Shown: one piece after another, positions 20,419 through 29,549 of the stretch | Layout: the number at the start of each line of letters is the position of its first letter | Position numbering within the stretch: position 1 is the stretch's first letter | DNA from: Candidatus Hodarchaeota archaeon | GTDB lineage: Archaea > Asgardarchaeota > Lokiarchaeia > Sigyniarchaeales > SOKP01 | DNA length: 64,000 nt | Assembly (NCBI GenBank): GCA_048886685.1 | Contig: JBHLKM010000004.1 | Coordinates: forward strand, 82,486-146,485 | Reading direction: 5' to 3' | Notes under the pieces: generated by a model | What the model was told of the DNA's origin: nothing | The model's input: only the letters and a program-made list of their open reading frames with translations | The model's database searches: none | Translations under genes and position numbers: made by a program

Positions 20419-21285
20419 ATGACAGAGTATAAAATGTTTGAGGGATGTGTTATTGGAAACAGAATTCCATTTATTGAGGCAGCCTCCAGAAAAGTTTTAG
20501 ACAAGATTGGAGTTCAAACATCACAAGCTCCATTTGCTTGTTGTCCAGATCCTACTGGAGTAAAAAGCTTTGATAATACAGCTTGGCTCGCTTTAGGTGC
20601 TCGTAACTTATGTTTAGCAGAAGCTGAAGGAAAAGATATAATTTCGCTTTGTAATGGTTGTACTAATACGCTTCGTGGGGTCCAACACCAATTAAAACAT
20701 GATTCTCATAAAATGAAAGCGATTAATGAAGAACTTGCTAAGATCGGAAAAGAATATAAAGGTTCTATTGATGTAAAGCATTTTGTTGATGTTTTAAGGT
20801 CAAATTTAGATTCGATAAGAGGTGCAATTACGAGGCAAATGGGTGATTTAAAGGTTGCCTGTCATCCTGGTTGCCATTACATGCGACCTGTTGAATGGAT
20901 GGAATCTGATGATCCGTTACGTCCTAAAAATTTGAAAGAAATCGTTGCTGTTTCAGGAGCTAATGTAGTTGATTATGATGAATTAGCATTGTGCTGTGGA
21001 AATGCTGTTGCTGGTCCATTTCCAGAACATGGAGAAGCGATACTAAAACAAAAGTTTGATTCGATTAAAAAATCTGGCGCAAATTGTATCGTTGTAAACT
21101 GTCCTGCATGTTTTCAGCGATTAGACGGAGAACAGCGAAATCTTTCAAAGAAATTTGAAAAAGAATATAATATTCCGGTATTATATATAACAGAATTGTT
21201 AGCTTTGGCTATGGGTGTTAGTTCTGAGGAGATAGGTTTAAAAAACCATCGAACTAGACGAAATACAGCCATAGAAAACCTTTAA
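20419..21285 (+). CDS. hdrB: Heterodisulfide reductase subunit B
   Basis: GC..CC..CNGC and HPGCH..CCG..CPAC CCG domains; start at 20419 follows GGAGG. Confidence 0.92.
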   Translation: MTEYKMFEGCVIGNRIPFIEAASRKVLDKIGVQTSQAPFACCPDPTGVKSFDNTAWLALGARNLCLAEAEGKDIISLCNGCTNTLRGVQHQLKHDSHKMKAINEELAKIGKEYKGSIDVKHFVDVLRSNLDSIRGAITRQMGDLKVACHPGCHYMRPVEWMESDDPLRPKNLKEIVAVSGANVVDYDELALCCGNAVAGPFPEHGEAILKQKFDSIKKSGANCIVVNCPACFQRLDGEQRNLSKKFEKEYNIPVLYITELLALAMGVSSEEIGLKNHRTRRNTAIENL

Positions 21286-21306
21286 GCTAAAATCTATAAA
21301 ATATTC

Positions 21307-21333
21307 TTATTTTTTTTATTTTCTTTATTTTTT
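21307..21333 (+). terminator. Oligo-T terminator region of the vhu-hdr operon
   Basis: Dense T tracts just after the hdrB stop. Confidence 0.5.
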
Positions 21334-21442
21334 GTCATTCGGATTGTAAAATTTAAATAATAAAAGTTTCTTTTATAAATTGGATTTCTTAAACTTTTCA
21401 AATATAAGAATATAACAATCAATTTCTTGAATTGAGTTAAAT

Positions 21443-22243
21443 ATGGCTCTTTATAATTTAAATCGGGAGGTTCCTTGGTTTTTTCATCATATAGAAAATT
21501 ATTATCATTTGTTTTTAAATATAAGATTTAATAATAGAAGTATAGTTCAAGAGCAAATCAGATTTTCAATCGAATTGGATATACAGGGATTTGAAGGATT
21601 AGTATTTTATATGTATAAACCTCATTCTACGAAAATAAAATTTGATATTTACAAACATTCAATTGATCAAATTCATATGATAAATGATCTTAAATATGTT
21701 TTAAGTAGAGAACCTATGAATTCCTTGGATTTAGTTATAATTCCATTTGGTTATTTTAAGGATGAGCATAAATTTAGATTAGTAGTTCATAATGAACAGA
21801 TTGAATCTAGTTTTGATATTTATTCATGGTCACCATCAAATCTCTATAAAAATGTGAAATCTGTTATCAAAATAGCTAATAAATATATGGAATTAATACC
21901 AATAGACGATTATAGAGGGTATTATTATCAAGTAGACAGTTCTTTTAAGGGAAATGAAACTGGACGTCTATTTGATTTAATAAATCATCTGGTTGAGTTA
22001 GATAAAAGCATTAGTAAAGCTACTAAGAAATCGGTTTTTGATCCTATGGATTATGATATAAAAGCTCTCGTAACAAAGACTAATGAATATTTATTTGAAT
22101 TATGTCATAATCCTGTTCCTTTAGATATCAAGAATGTATTACGAGAATTAGAAAGATTGAAATTCAATGTGGATAGTTTATCTAAAGAAGAAATTTTCAA
22201 CTGGCTCGATGATTTGATTACCTTTTATTCACGAAGGGCTTAA
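21443..22243 (+). CDS. Hypothetical protein
   Basis: 266-aa ORF, no motif recognised. Confidence 0.7.
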   Translation: MALYNLNREVPWFFHHIENYYHLFLNIRFNNRSIVQEQIRFSIELDIQGFEGLVFYMYKPHSTKIKFDIYKHSIDQIHMINDLKYVLSREPMNSLDLVIIPFGYFKDEHKFRLVVHNEQIESSFDIYSWSPSNLYKNVKSVIKIANKYMELIPIDDYRGYYYQVDSSFKGNETGRLFDLINHLVELDKSISKATKKSVFDPMDYDIKALVTKTNEYLFELCHNPVPLDIKNVLRELERLKFNVDSLSKEEIFNWLDDLITFYSRRA

Positions 22244-22278
22244 TTAAAAATAAAAATAATAGTCCGATAAACAGCTTT

Positions 22279-22845
22279 TTATTGTTTTTTCTTTATAAAT
22301 TTGTCGATTAATATAAACAGTAGGACTATACCGAAATATATAATAGCAACAAAAAGGAATCCAAATTTCACTGTTGCGCTCAAAGAGGCTATTAAAGGCA
22401 GAATATTTGACACGGCAGTTGGAGTATTAGCCATTAAAACCAAAAAAGTATTCTCAATTATATCAAAAATTCCGGTTAAAAAGGGAGTAATAGTTATATA
22501 AGTTCCAATTGCTTCAAGTTTCCCTGTTGAACTTTGTAAGACTAGGGTTACTAATGCAAAAGCTAATGAAACATAGCCAACAATGAATAAGAAATCCCAA
22601 TATATTGCCATTAATTGACGATCTATTCCACTTGTTCCCCATACAGAAAAAATAATTTCAACTCGACTGGAGGTCCACGCGAATTCATAATCTAAGATAC
22701 CATACTTGGAAACTGTTGCTTCAATAGGTATAAACACGAATATTTCTACTAAAAGAACTATTAAGAAACCTAAGATTGCTAAAAGGTACAATATTCTTTT
22801 ATTAAGAGATTTTCTAAATCTATCCAAGAACATATTTCTTTTCAT
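22279..22845 (-). CDS. Four-TM membrane protein
   Basis: D-FLFI..Y and FDIIEN..K pattern, four hydrophobic segments. Confidence 0.75.
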   Translation of the reverse strand: MKRNMFLDRFRKSLNKRILYLLAILGFLIVLLVEIFVFIPIEATVSKYGILDYEFAWTSSRVEIIFSVWGTSGIDRQLMAIYWDFLFIVGYVSLAFALVTLVLQSSTGKLEAIGTYITITPFLTGIFDIIENTFLVLMANTPTAVSNILPLIASLSATVKFGFLFVAIIYFGIVLLFILIDKFIKKKQ

Positions 22846-22999
22846 AATTTATTTTATGAATTATTTAACTATATTATTAGAAAAATATTATTTTCCTTAT
22901 ACAAAAATAAATAGTTCTCTAATGAAAATGAATCAATAGTTTTATTTGGTTTTATATATTATCAAATTTGTATGAAATAAAGTTCCAAACTGAAATAAA

Positions 23000-23242
23000 A
23001 TGTGTTTAGCTATACCAGGAAAAATATTGAATATCGAAGGAAATTCTGCCTTAGTAGATTTTGATGGTATTAAACAAAAAGTAATTGTAGCTTTAATTCA
23101 GAATCCGGAAGTTGGGAAGTTCGTAATCGTTCATGCTGGGTATGCAATCGAGCAAATGGAGGAAAAAGATGCATTAGAAGCAATTGAACAGTGGAAGGAA
23201 CTTGTTGAGGAACAAGATTTAGATTTATCAGACTTGCTATAA
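23000..23242 (+). CDS. hypC: Hydrogenase maturation chaperone HypC
   Basis: MCLAIPG..VHAGYAI. Confidence 0.97.
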   Translation: MCLAIPGKILNIEGNSALVDFDGIKQKVIVALIQNPEVGKFVIVHAGYAIEQMEEKDALEAIEQWKELVEEQDLDLSDLL

Positions 23243-23279
23243 ATTAATGATTAGAAACAATAACTCTGTATCAAACTTA

Positions 23280-23489
23280 TTATTTCTTTTTTTCTAAAGA
23301 AGTTAAAATCACATATCTAGCATTAGAATAAATTGCTATTCCAATAAAGAACAACACTACAAGGTCGACTACAGGACTTGCTTTACTAACCATTTCTAAA
23401 ACAAATGCTATAATTAAAGAATACATTCCTAATACTAAAAGATTTTCTTTTTTCCTCAACTTCTTTATTTCACCCTCTAAATTTTTCAA
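23280..23489 (-). CDS. Small two-TM membrane protein
   Basis: Two hydrophobic helices with basic ends; TTG start uncertain. Confidence 0.6.
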   Translation of the reverse strand: MKNLEGEIKKLRKKENLLVLGMYSLIIAFVLEMVSKASPVVDLVVLFFIGIAIYSNARYVILTSLEKKK

Positions 23490-23610
23490 ATTTTCAATTT
23501 TGGAATATTTCCACTAGATAAAACAGAAATAAGGTATTTATTGAACATCTATATAGAATATATATATCTAAATGAAAAGTATATCGTCTTGAAAATAACT
23601 CAAATAAATC

Positions 23611-24414
23611 CTATAAATCAAAAATCTCTTTTTTCAATTTTTTTAATTTAAGGTAGAGGTTTTTAATCGCAATTATACCTTGAGAATCTTGATTAAAATC
23701 AAGAGGGGATTCTCCATTTAAATCTGCTTTTCCTATTTCAGGATCAAAAGGAACTATGTGGTAAAGAGGCACTTCCCAACCTTTAATTTGCTTGTTAATA
23801 ATCTCTCTTTGAGAATCATCAATTAATTTATTTGCAATTAAATAGATATTAATAACTCCCAATTTTTTTGATAAGTCTATAATTTTTTTACATAGATCTA
23901 ATGATTTTTGGGAGGGTTCTGTAATTACTAGCATCACGTCTATACCTTTAGCAGTACCTCGCCCCAAATGTTCTATACCTGCCTCAAAATCAACAATTAT
24001 TACTTCATCTCTTTTTACAAGCAAATTGTATAATAGAGTTCTTATTAAAGCATTTTCGGGACATAGACATCCTGTAGCAGGTTCTTCAATTCCTCCTAAA
24101 ACCAGTAATTGTAAACCATCCGGTCCTGACACCTTAAATTTATCAGGGATATCAGAGACTTTGGGGTTAATGTTATAAATTCCAGGACCCGCACCCTCAA
24201 CAACTGTTCTTTCTTCAATCATCGATTTCATTTCTTTAATTGGAACGATTTGATCTTTAGTGCTTTCATCAAGACCTAAAGTATAACTTAAATTCATTGC
24301 TGAGTCGTTATCTATTGCTAGAACTTTAAATCCATCTTTAGCAAACATTCTTGCTAATGTACCAGCTATTAGAGTTTTTCCAACACCGCCTTTTCCCGAA
24401 ACGGCTATTTTCAT
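23611..24414 (-). CDS. cooC: CooC/AcsF-family nickel-insertion ATPase
   Basis: MKIAVSGKGGVGKT, GCLCP, DFEAGIEHLGRG. Confidence 0.88.
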   Translation of the reverse strand: MKIAVSGKGGVGKTLIAGTLARMFAKDGFKVLAIDNDSAMNLSYTLGLDESTKDQIVPIKEMKSMIEERTVVEGAGPGIYNINPKVSDIPDKFKVSGPDGLQLLVLGGIEEPATGCLCPENALIRTLLYNLLVKRDEVIIVDFEAGIEHLGRGTAKGIDVMLVITEPSQKSLDLCKKIIDLSKKLGVINIYLIANKLIDDSQREIINKQIKGWEVPLYHIVPFDPEIGKADLNGESPLDFNQDSQGIIAIKNLYLKLKKLKKEIFDL

Positions 24415-24591
24415 CGATATCAAATGTAGATTTTTTTTAACTTACTTCAATTAGGAATTTCTTTGATTTGAATTTCACGGTTAAAATTCAGAATAAATTC
24501 ATTTAAAATTACAATAAAATAAGATCTAAAAATCTCATTAATTATTAATAAAGGCAAAAACAACTTATATACAATAAATTTATTAACTTGA

Positions 24592-25332
24592 ATGACATTT
24601 AAAGAAGAATTATTAGGAAATAACTACTCATTCGAGCAAGCAGAGTTAATTCAAATAAAATATCAAAATCTAATAAATATTATAAGTAAAGATGATATTG
24701 ACAATATTAAGTTAATAAAAACTATTGTTGGGGTAGATATTTCTTATTATCATGACGGAGATAAAGAATACGGCGTAGCTTGTGCCGTACTTTGGAATAT
24801 AGAACATGATATAAAAGAAGAGCATAATTTTGCTCGAGATCTCATCAATTTCCCATATAAACCAGGTTTTCTCGGATTCCGAGAATGCAAACTGCTAACT
24901 AAGGCAATTTCAAAACTACCGATTCAGCCTGACCTTATCATGTGTGATGGACATGGGAAAATTCATCCTAGAAGATTTGGGGAAGCAGTACATCTTGGTT
25001 TTGCCTTAAATATTCCTACGATTGGTATAGCTAAAAATCCTTTTATTGGATATTTTAATAAGAATGGAATTAAAAAAACTAAAGGTTTTAAAATACCAGT
25101 GTGGGCTAAAAATCCAGAAAATATAAGTAAAACTTCTTTAAATGATTTATTAGGTTATGCTATCTGTTTGAATGATGGCTCAAAGCCAGTATATATAAGT
25201 GTAGGCTATAAAACTACCATTGAAATCGCACTTAAAATATCTCTTATTACAGCTAAAGGACATCGACAACCAGAACCGTTATATTTAGCAGATCGTCTAT
25301 CTAAACAGAAAGCAAAAAGTTACACGTCTTAA
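24592..25332 (+). CDS. nfi: Endonuclease V
   Basis: GVDISY, FPYKPGFLGFRE, DGHGKIHPRRFG, GIAK, PEPLYLAD. Confidence 0.93.
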   Translation: MTFKEELLGNNYSFEQAELIQIKYQNLINIISKDDIDNIKLIKTIVGVDISYYHDGDKEYGVACAVLWNIEHDIKEEHNFARDLINFPYKPGFLGFRECKLLTKAISKLPIQPDLIMCDGHGKIHPRRFGEAVHLGFALNIPTIGIAKNPFIGYFNKNGIKKTKGFKIPVWAKNPENISKTSLNDLLGYAICLNDGSKPVYISVGYKTTIEIALKISLITAKGHRQPEPLYLADRLSKQKAKSYTS

Positions 25333-25354
25333 TAAAATTTATTTTATTTTTAAA

Positions 25355-26815
25355 TTAATTAGAAATCTCATTAAGCATTTTAGCAGCAAGCTCTCTTACG
25401 TCTACATCTGCGTCATTTAAGAGCTTTTTCAATAATTTTTTAAATTCTTCTGATTCAAAGTCAAATTTACTCAAAGCCTTAATTAGATTATATCTAATAA
25501 GCCAATCATCATCATGAATTAATTCTAAAAATGCATCATAAACCTTTTTATCTTTAATTTCGCTTAAAATCTTTATAGCACATCTTTTAATTTCATTGTT
25601 TTTACTATTTAAATCCTTAATAAGCGTATTTATAATAACTTTTTTATTATTATCGCTCATAAGCCTATACATTCTTTTAAAAAGAGAAATTTGGAAGTGA
25701 TCTGGAAAATCATAAGCAAATGAATTTGTAGAGCTTTCTACATCAATCAATTCTATAGCTTGAGTCTCCAATTCTAACAATTTATTATTTAATAATTCAT
25801 TTTCTTTTTGATATTTTAATAATTCAGATTTTATATTATCATATTGTTCTCTCATTTTAGCAAATTCTAATGCTTGCTCCGTTGAAATTGTTGTAGGTTC
25901 GATCGAATTTTCTAGCTCTTTTTGTAAGAACTTTAATTGGGCATCATAGTCTTCAATTTCTAATTTTAAAGCTTCAATCTTTCTATTTGCCAATTCTAAT
26001 TCTTCTGAATTTACTTCTTCAATTCTTTCTTGTATTTTAACATTTAAGGTTTCAATTTCTGAGGTTAAATCTTCAATCCTTTTGTTTGCCAATTCTAATT
26101 CTTCTGAGTTTACTTTTTTAATTCTTTCCTGCAGTTGAGCGTTCAATGAATCTATTTCTGATGTTAAATTATCAATCTTTTTATTTGCTAATTCTAATTC
26201 TTCTGAAACTAATTCTTCAACTCCTTCTTGTATTTGGGCTTTTAATGATTCTATTTCAACTCGTAATAAGCCATTTTGTTCCATTAATTGAAAATTTAAT
26301 CGTTTTATATTCACCATTTCTTCATTTTTTCCGATCTGTGCCTTATTAGTTTCTTCAAGATCAATATTTTCTGATTCGATAGTCTCGAGTTGATTTTTCA
26401 AATCTTCAATCTGATTTCTATATTTTTCGTTCTCTTCAGATAATTTTAGTATCAGTTCTTGAGCTTCAATTAATTCATTTTTTTGTGGTTCAAATGTCCC
26501 ATTTTTAGGTTTTTCTACCTGAGATGTTAATCCATCAATTTTTTCGTTTAATTTATCGATTTTTTCATCTTTTCTTGATAAATCTTTTCTTTGAGAGTTA
26601 ATCATTTCCTTTAGAATATTAATCTCACTCGGTAAATCATTTTGAGTGAAACTAATTTGATCTCCTTGTTCTTCAATCAATAAATGCTGTTCTTTTATTC
26701 TAAATTTTAAACGATTAATCTCTTCCTTTAAAGAATAGATTATCGATTCTAATTCTGCTCGAGTTTTAGTTTCTTTTTCAACGATATTAATTAAATCCTT
26801 TAAATCTTTATCCAT
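25355..26815 (-). CDS. Long coiled-coil protein with C-terminal HEAT repeats
   Basis: E/K/L-rich coiled coil of about 340 aa, then LNSKNNEIKR / IHDDDWLIRY / LNDADVDVRE HEAT motifs. Confidence 0.8.
   Translation of the reverse strand: MDKDLKDLINIVEKETKTRAELESIIYSLKEEINRLKFRIKEQHLLIEEQGDQISFTQNDLPSEINILKEMINSQRKDLSRKDEKIDKLNEKIDGLTSQVEKPKNGTFEPQKNELIEAQELILKLSEENEKYRNQIEDLKNQLETIESENIDLEETNKAQIGKNEEMVNIKRLNFQLMEQNGLLRVEIESLKAQIQEGVEELVSEELELANKKIDNLTSEIDSLNAQLQERIKKVNSEELELANKRIEDLTSEIETLNVKIQERIEEVNSEELELANRKIEALKLEIEDYDAQLKFLQKELENSIEPTTISTEQALEFAKMREQYDNIKSELLKYQKENELLNNKLLELETQAIELIDVESSTNSFAYDFPDHFQISLFKRMYRLMSDNNKKVIINTLIKDLNSKNNEIKRCAIKILSEIKDKKVYDAFLELIHDDDWLIRYNLIKALSKFDFESEEFKKLLKKLLNDADVDVRELAAKMLNEISN
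25960..26260 (-). repeat. Intragenic 99-bp (33-aa) tandem repeat, about 3 copies
   Basis: TGC(C/T)AATTCTAATTCTTCTGA at 25988, 26087 and 26186; protein SEELELAN repeated. Confidence 0.85.
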
Positions 26816-26974
26816 GACTTTAGCATCTAACGAGATTAGTTTGATTAGAAATTTAGTTTATTCAAGTATATTATTGTTGTTAAATGCTATAAACTTTTAG
26901 TACTTATTGAGATATATATTAAATAAAATACTACTCTCTTAAAAAAAATTAAAACGATATTGTTAGATTTAAAG

Positions 26975-27454
26975 CTACAAAATCTTAATTTCTTTTATTG
27001 CATCTCCCTGAACAATAGAGTTGATAACTTTTTGATCACTAATAGGATCTACAACCTCTCCGAAAATCGTATGATTATTGTTAAGATGTGGAGTAGGGAC
27101 ATGGGTAATAAAGAATTGAGAACCATTTGTATTTTTTCCTGCATTTGCCATTGCTAAAATCCCTGGTTTATCGAACTTTCTTCCTGATTGGAATTCGTCC
27201 TCAAAAGGATAAGGGATATTTTTCCCTTGAAACGGAAATGAAGCGATGCCTTTTTGTTTTGGTCCGTGATATCCCGTTCCTGAAGGACAACCTCCTTGTA
27301 TCATAAAATCTGGAATAACTCTATGGAACTTAAGTCCATTATAATAACCCTGCTTAGCTAAAAATAAGAAACTAGCCACTGTCATTGGCGCTTCTTCATC
27401 AAATAAATTAAGATTTATCTCTCCTTTACTTGTAATCATTACAATTTTAGTCAT
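26975..27454 (-). CDS. ppiB: Cyclophilin-type peptidyl-prolyl isomerase
   Basis: FHRVIPDFMIQGG, AMANAG..TNGSQFFI, HTIFG. Confidence 0.93.
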   Translation of the reverse strand: MTKIVMITSKGEINLNLFDEEAPMTVASFLFLAKQGYYNGLKFHRVIPDFMIQGGCPSGTGYHGPKQKGIASFPFQGKNIPYPFEDEFQSGRKFDKPGILAMANAGKNTNGSQFFITHVPTPHLNNNHTIFGEVVDPISDQKVINSIVQGDAIKEIKIL

Positions 27455-27574
27455 ACAACTAAAAACGTTCAAAAGTTTTTAATCATTGTGCTTTTCTTCG
27501 TTGTTCGTTTAGTTTATTTATAACAAAAATTGGTCTATAAAAGAAACTTATACAACTTCATTTTGATTATAAAT

Positions 27575-28585
27575 ATGAATGTATCAATAAAAGAAGAAAC
27601 ACAAAAAATTTTTTCAGATTCTAATCAACTCTATGAAAAAGTACACTCAACTGATATTATTATCGAAGTACAAGATTTAAAAAAGTCGTTTGATGATATT
27701 AAAGCAGTTGATGGCGTCAGTTTTAAAATTCGTAGAGGAGAATTATTTTCACTATTGGGTCCTAATGGAGCGGGAAAATCTACTACGATTAGAATGCTTA
27801 CAACTGTATTAAAGCCTTCTCGTGGAAAAGCAAGAATCGCTGATTATAGCCTAACAAAAGAAAAAAACAAAATTAAACCACTTATTGGAGTATGCCCTCA
27901 AGAAAATGTTGTTTTTAACGCCTTAACAGCTGAGAATAATGTTGAATTCGTTGGTCGAATGCATGGGATGGATCCCGCTGAAATGAGAAAACGCTCGAAA
28001 CATTTACTAGAAAAAATGAATATAGCAGGACGTAAGAAACCTGCAAAATCGTTTTCTGGAGGAATGAAACGACGTTTAAATCTTGTAATGAGCCTTATTC
28101 ATCAACCACAAATTCTTTTTCTTGATGAACCAACAGCTGGTTTAGATCCTCAAGCAAGACGGCTTGTATGGGATTTTATCAAGGAACTTAAAAATACTGG
28201 AATGACAATTATCCTTACAACTCATGACATGATAGAAGCGGATGCATTAAGTGATCATATAGCAATCATGGATCAGGGGAAAATCATTGCTTTTGGTACC
28301 TTAGATGAATTAAAAAGAGGTTCAAGCAATGGTAATATTCTTGAATTCAGTTTTTCTTCGAAAAAAACGCTAAATCAAGCAAAAAACAAGTTAGAACAAA
28401 TAAAAGATGTAAAAAGCATTACAGAAATGGAGAATAATAAGTTAGTTATCTCCTTTTCTGGAGGAATCGACACTTTCAAGGGTGAAATTTTAAAACAAAT
28501 AAATTCATTTAAAACTTTACATTTTAGGGAAGATTCTCTTGAGGATATATTCTTAAAATTAACTGGTAGGGGGTTGCGTGATTAA
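27575..28585 (+). CDS. ABC exporter ATP-binding subunit (DrrA-like)
   Basis: GPNGAGKS, FSGGMKRR, LDEPTAGLDP; start may be 27530 or 27575. Confidence 0.92.
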   Translation: MNVSIKEETQKIFSDSNQLYEKVHSTDIIIEVQDLKKSFDDIKAVDGVSFKIRRGELFSLLGPNGAGKSTTIRMLTTVLKPSRGKARIADYSLTKEKNKIKPLIGVCPQENVVFNALTAENNVEFVGRMHGMDPAEMRKRSKHLLEKMNIAGRKKPAKSFSGGMKRRLNLVMSLIHQPQILFLDEPTAGLDPQARRLVWDFIKELKNTGMTIILTTHDMIEADALSDHIAIMDQGKIIAFGTLDELKRGSSNGNILEFSFSSKKTLNQAKNKLEQIKDVKSITEMENNKLVISFSGGIDTFKGEILKQINSFKTLHFREDSLEDIFLKLTGRGLRD

Positions 28586-29391
28586 TGTATTCAATTGATG
28601 TAAAAGCATGGTATATCGCTAAAAAGAACATCACAGAAAAGCTTAAGAATTTAGGTTCGATGTTTTGGACTGTTGCATTTCCAATCATGATGTTGCTTGT
28701 ATATAAGCTAGCTTTCAGTGCTGATGATGAATTGACTATGATAAATGGATTAAACGTATTTGACGTAGAATTTCCAGGAATAGTAGTATATACAATCGGT
28801 ATGTCTTCGGTTACAAGCGCAGTTATGTTTGCAATGAGTAAAGTAGATGGAACCTTAGAGCGTATAGATTCAATGCCTGTGAGTCGTGGAAATGTTTTTC
28901 TGGGGGCAGTAATATCAGAAAGTATTTTTATGAACCTACAACTTGTTTTATTATTTACATTTGGTTATGGAATTTTAGGAGCCCATTTTGAACTCGCGAT
29001 GCTACCACTTGGATACTTACTTGCCATGCTCTTTGGAATTGGTTCTATAGGATTGGGTCTTATTATTGCGAGTTTTCTTAATTCACCTGAAGGTGCAAAT
29101 GGAATTGCTATGTTAACTCATATGTGTTTAATGTTTGTATCCGGATCATTTTTCCCATTAGACAATACTGGTGTTTTCTTTACTCCACAATATTGGGTTA
29201 AACAAGTTTATCTCCAATTAACAGTTGTAGGGGATTTCTTCACTGATTTGATGTACAGTGGGAACATAATCCTACCGACCTCTAAAGCCTCGATCTTTCC
29301 CATCTGGAGTGGAATCCTAATTATATTAGCATTTACATCCACATTTATCTTTTTGGGAATTAAAATCTTTCAAAAAAAGACATCGCTTTAA
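28585..29391 (+). CDS. ABC-2 type permease
   Basis: Six TM segments, GTLERI..MP motif; start overlaps the ATPase stop. Confidence 0.88.
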   Translation: MYSIDVKAWYIAKKNITEKLKNLGSMFWTVAFPIMMLLVYKLAFSADDELTMINGLNVFDVEFPGIVVYTIGMSSVTSAVMFAMSKVDGTLERIDSMPVSRGNVFLGAVISESIFMNLQLVLLFTFGYGILGAHFELAMLPLGYLLAMLFGIGSIGLGLIIASFLNSPEGANGIAMLTHMCLMFVSGSFFPLDNTGVFFTPQYWVKQVYLQLTVVGDFFTDLMYSGNIILPTSKASIFPIWSGILIILAFTSTFIFLGIKIFQKKTSL

Positions 29392-29549
29392 AATAATATT
29401 CATTAACTTTTTTTTTTATTTTTTCTTGTATTTTTTATCTTTGATAAGTATTTTACATGTTTGTTATAGATCTATGAAAATTTTAAAAGGAATTACAATT
29501 ATAAATTTGCATATATACCTTTTTTAATTAATTACCCTTCGAATTAAAA

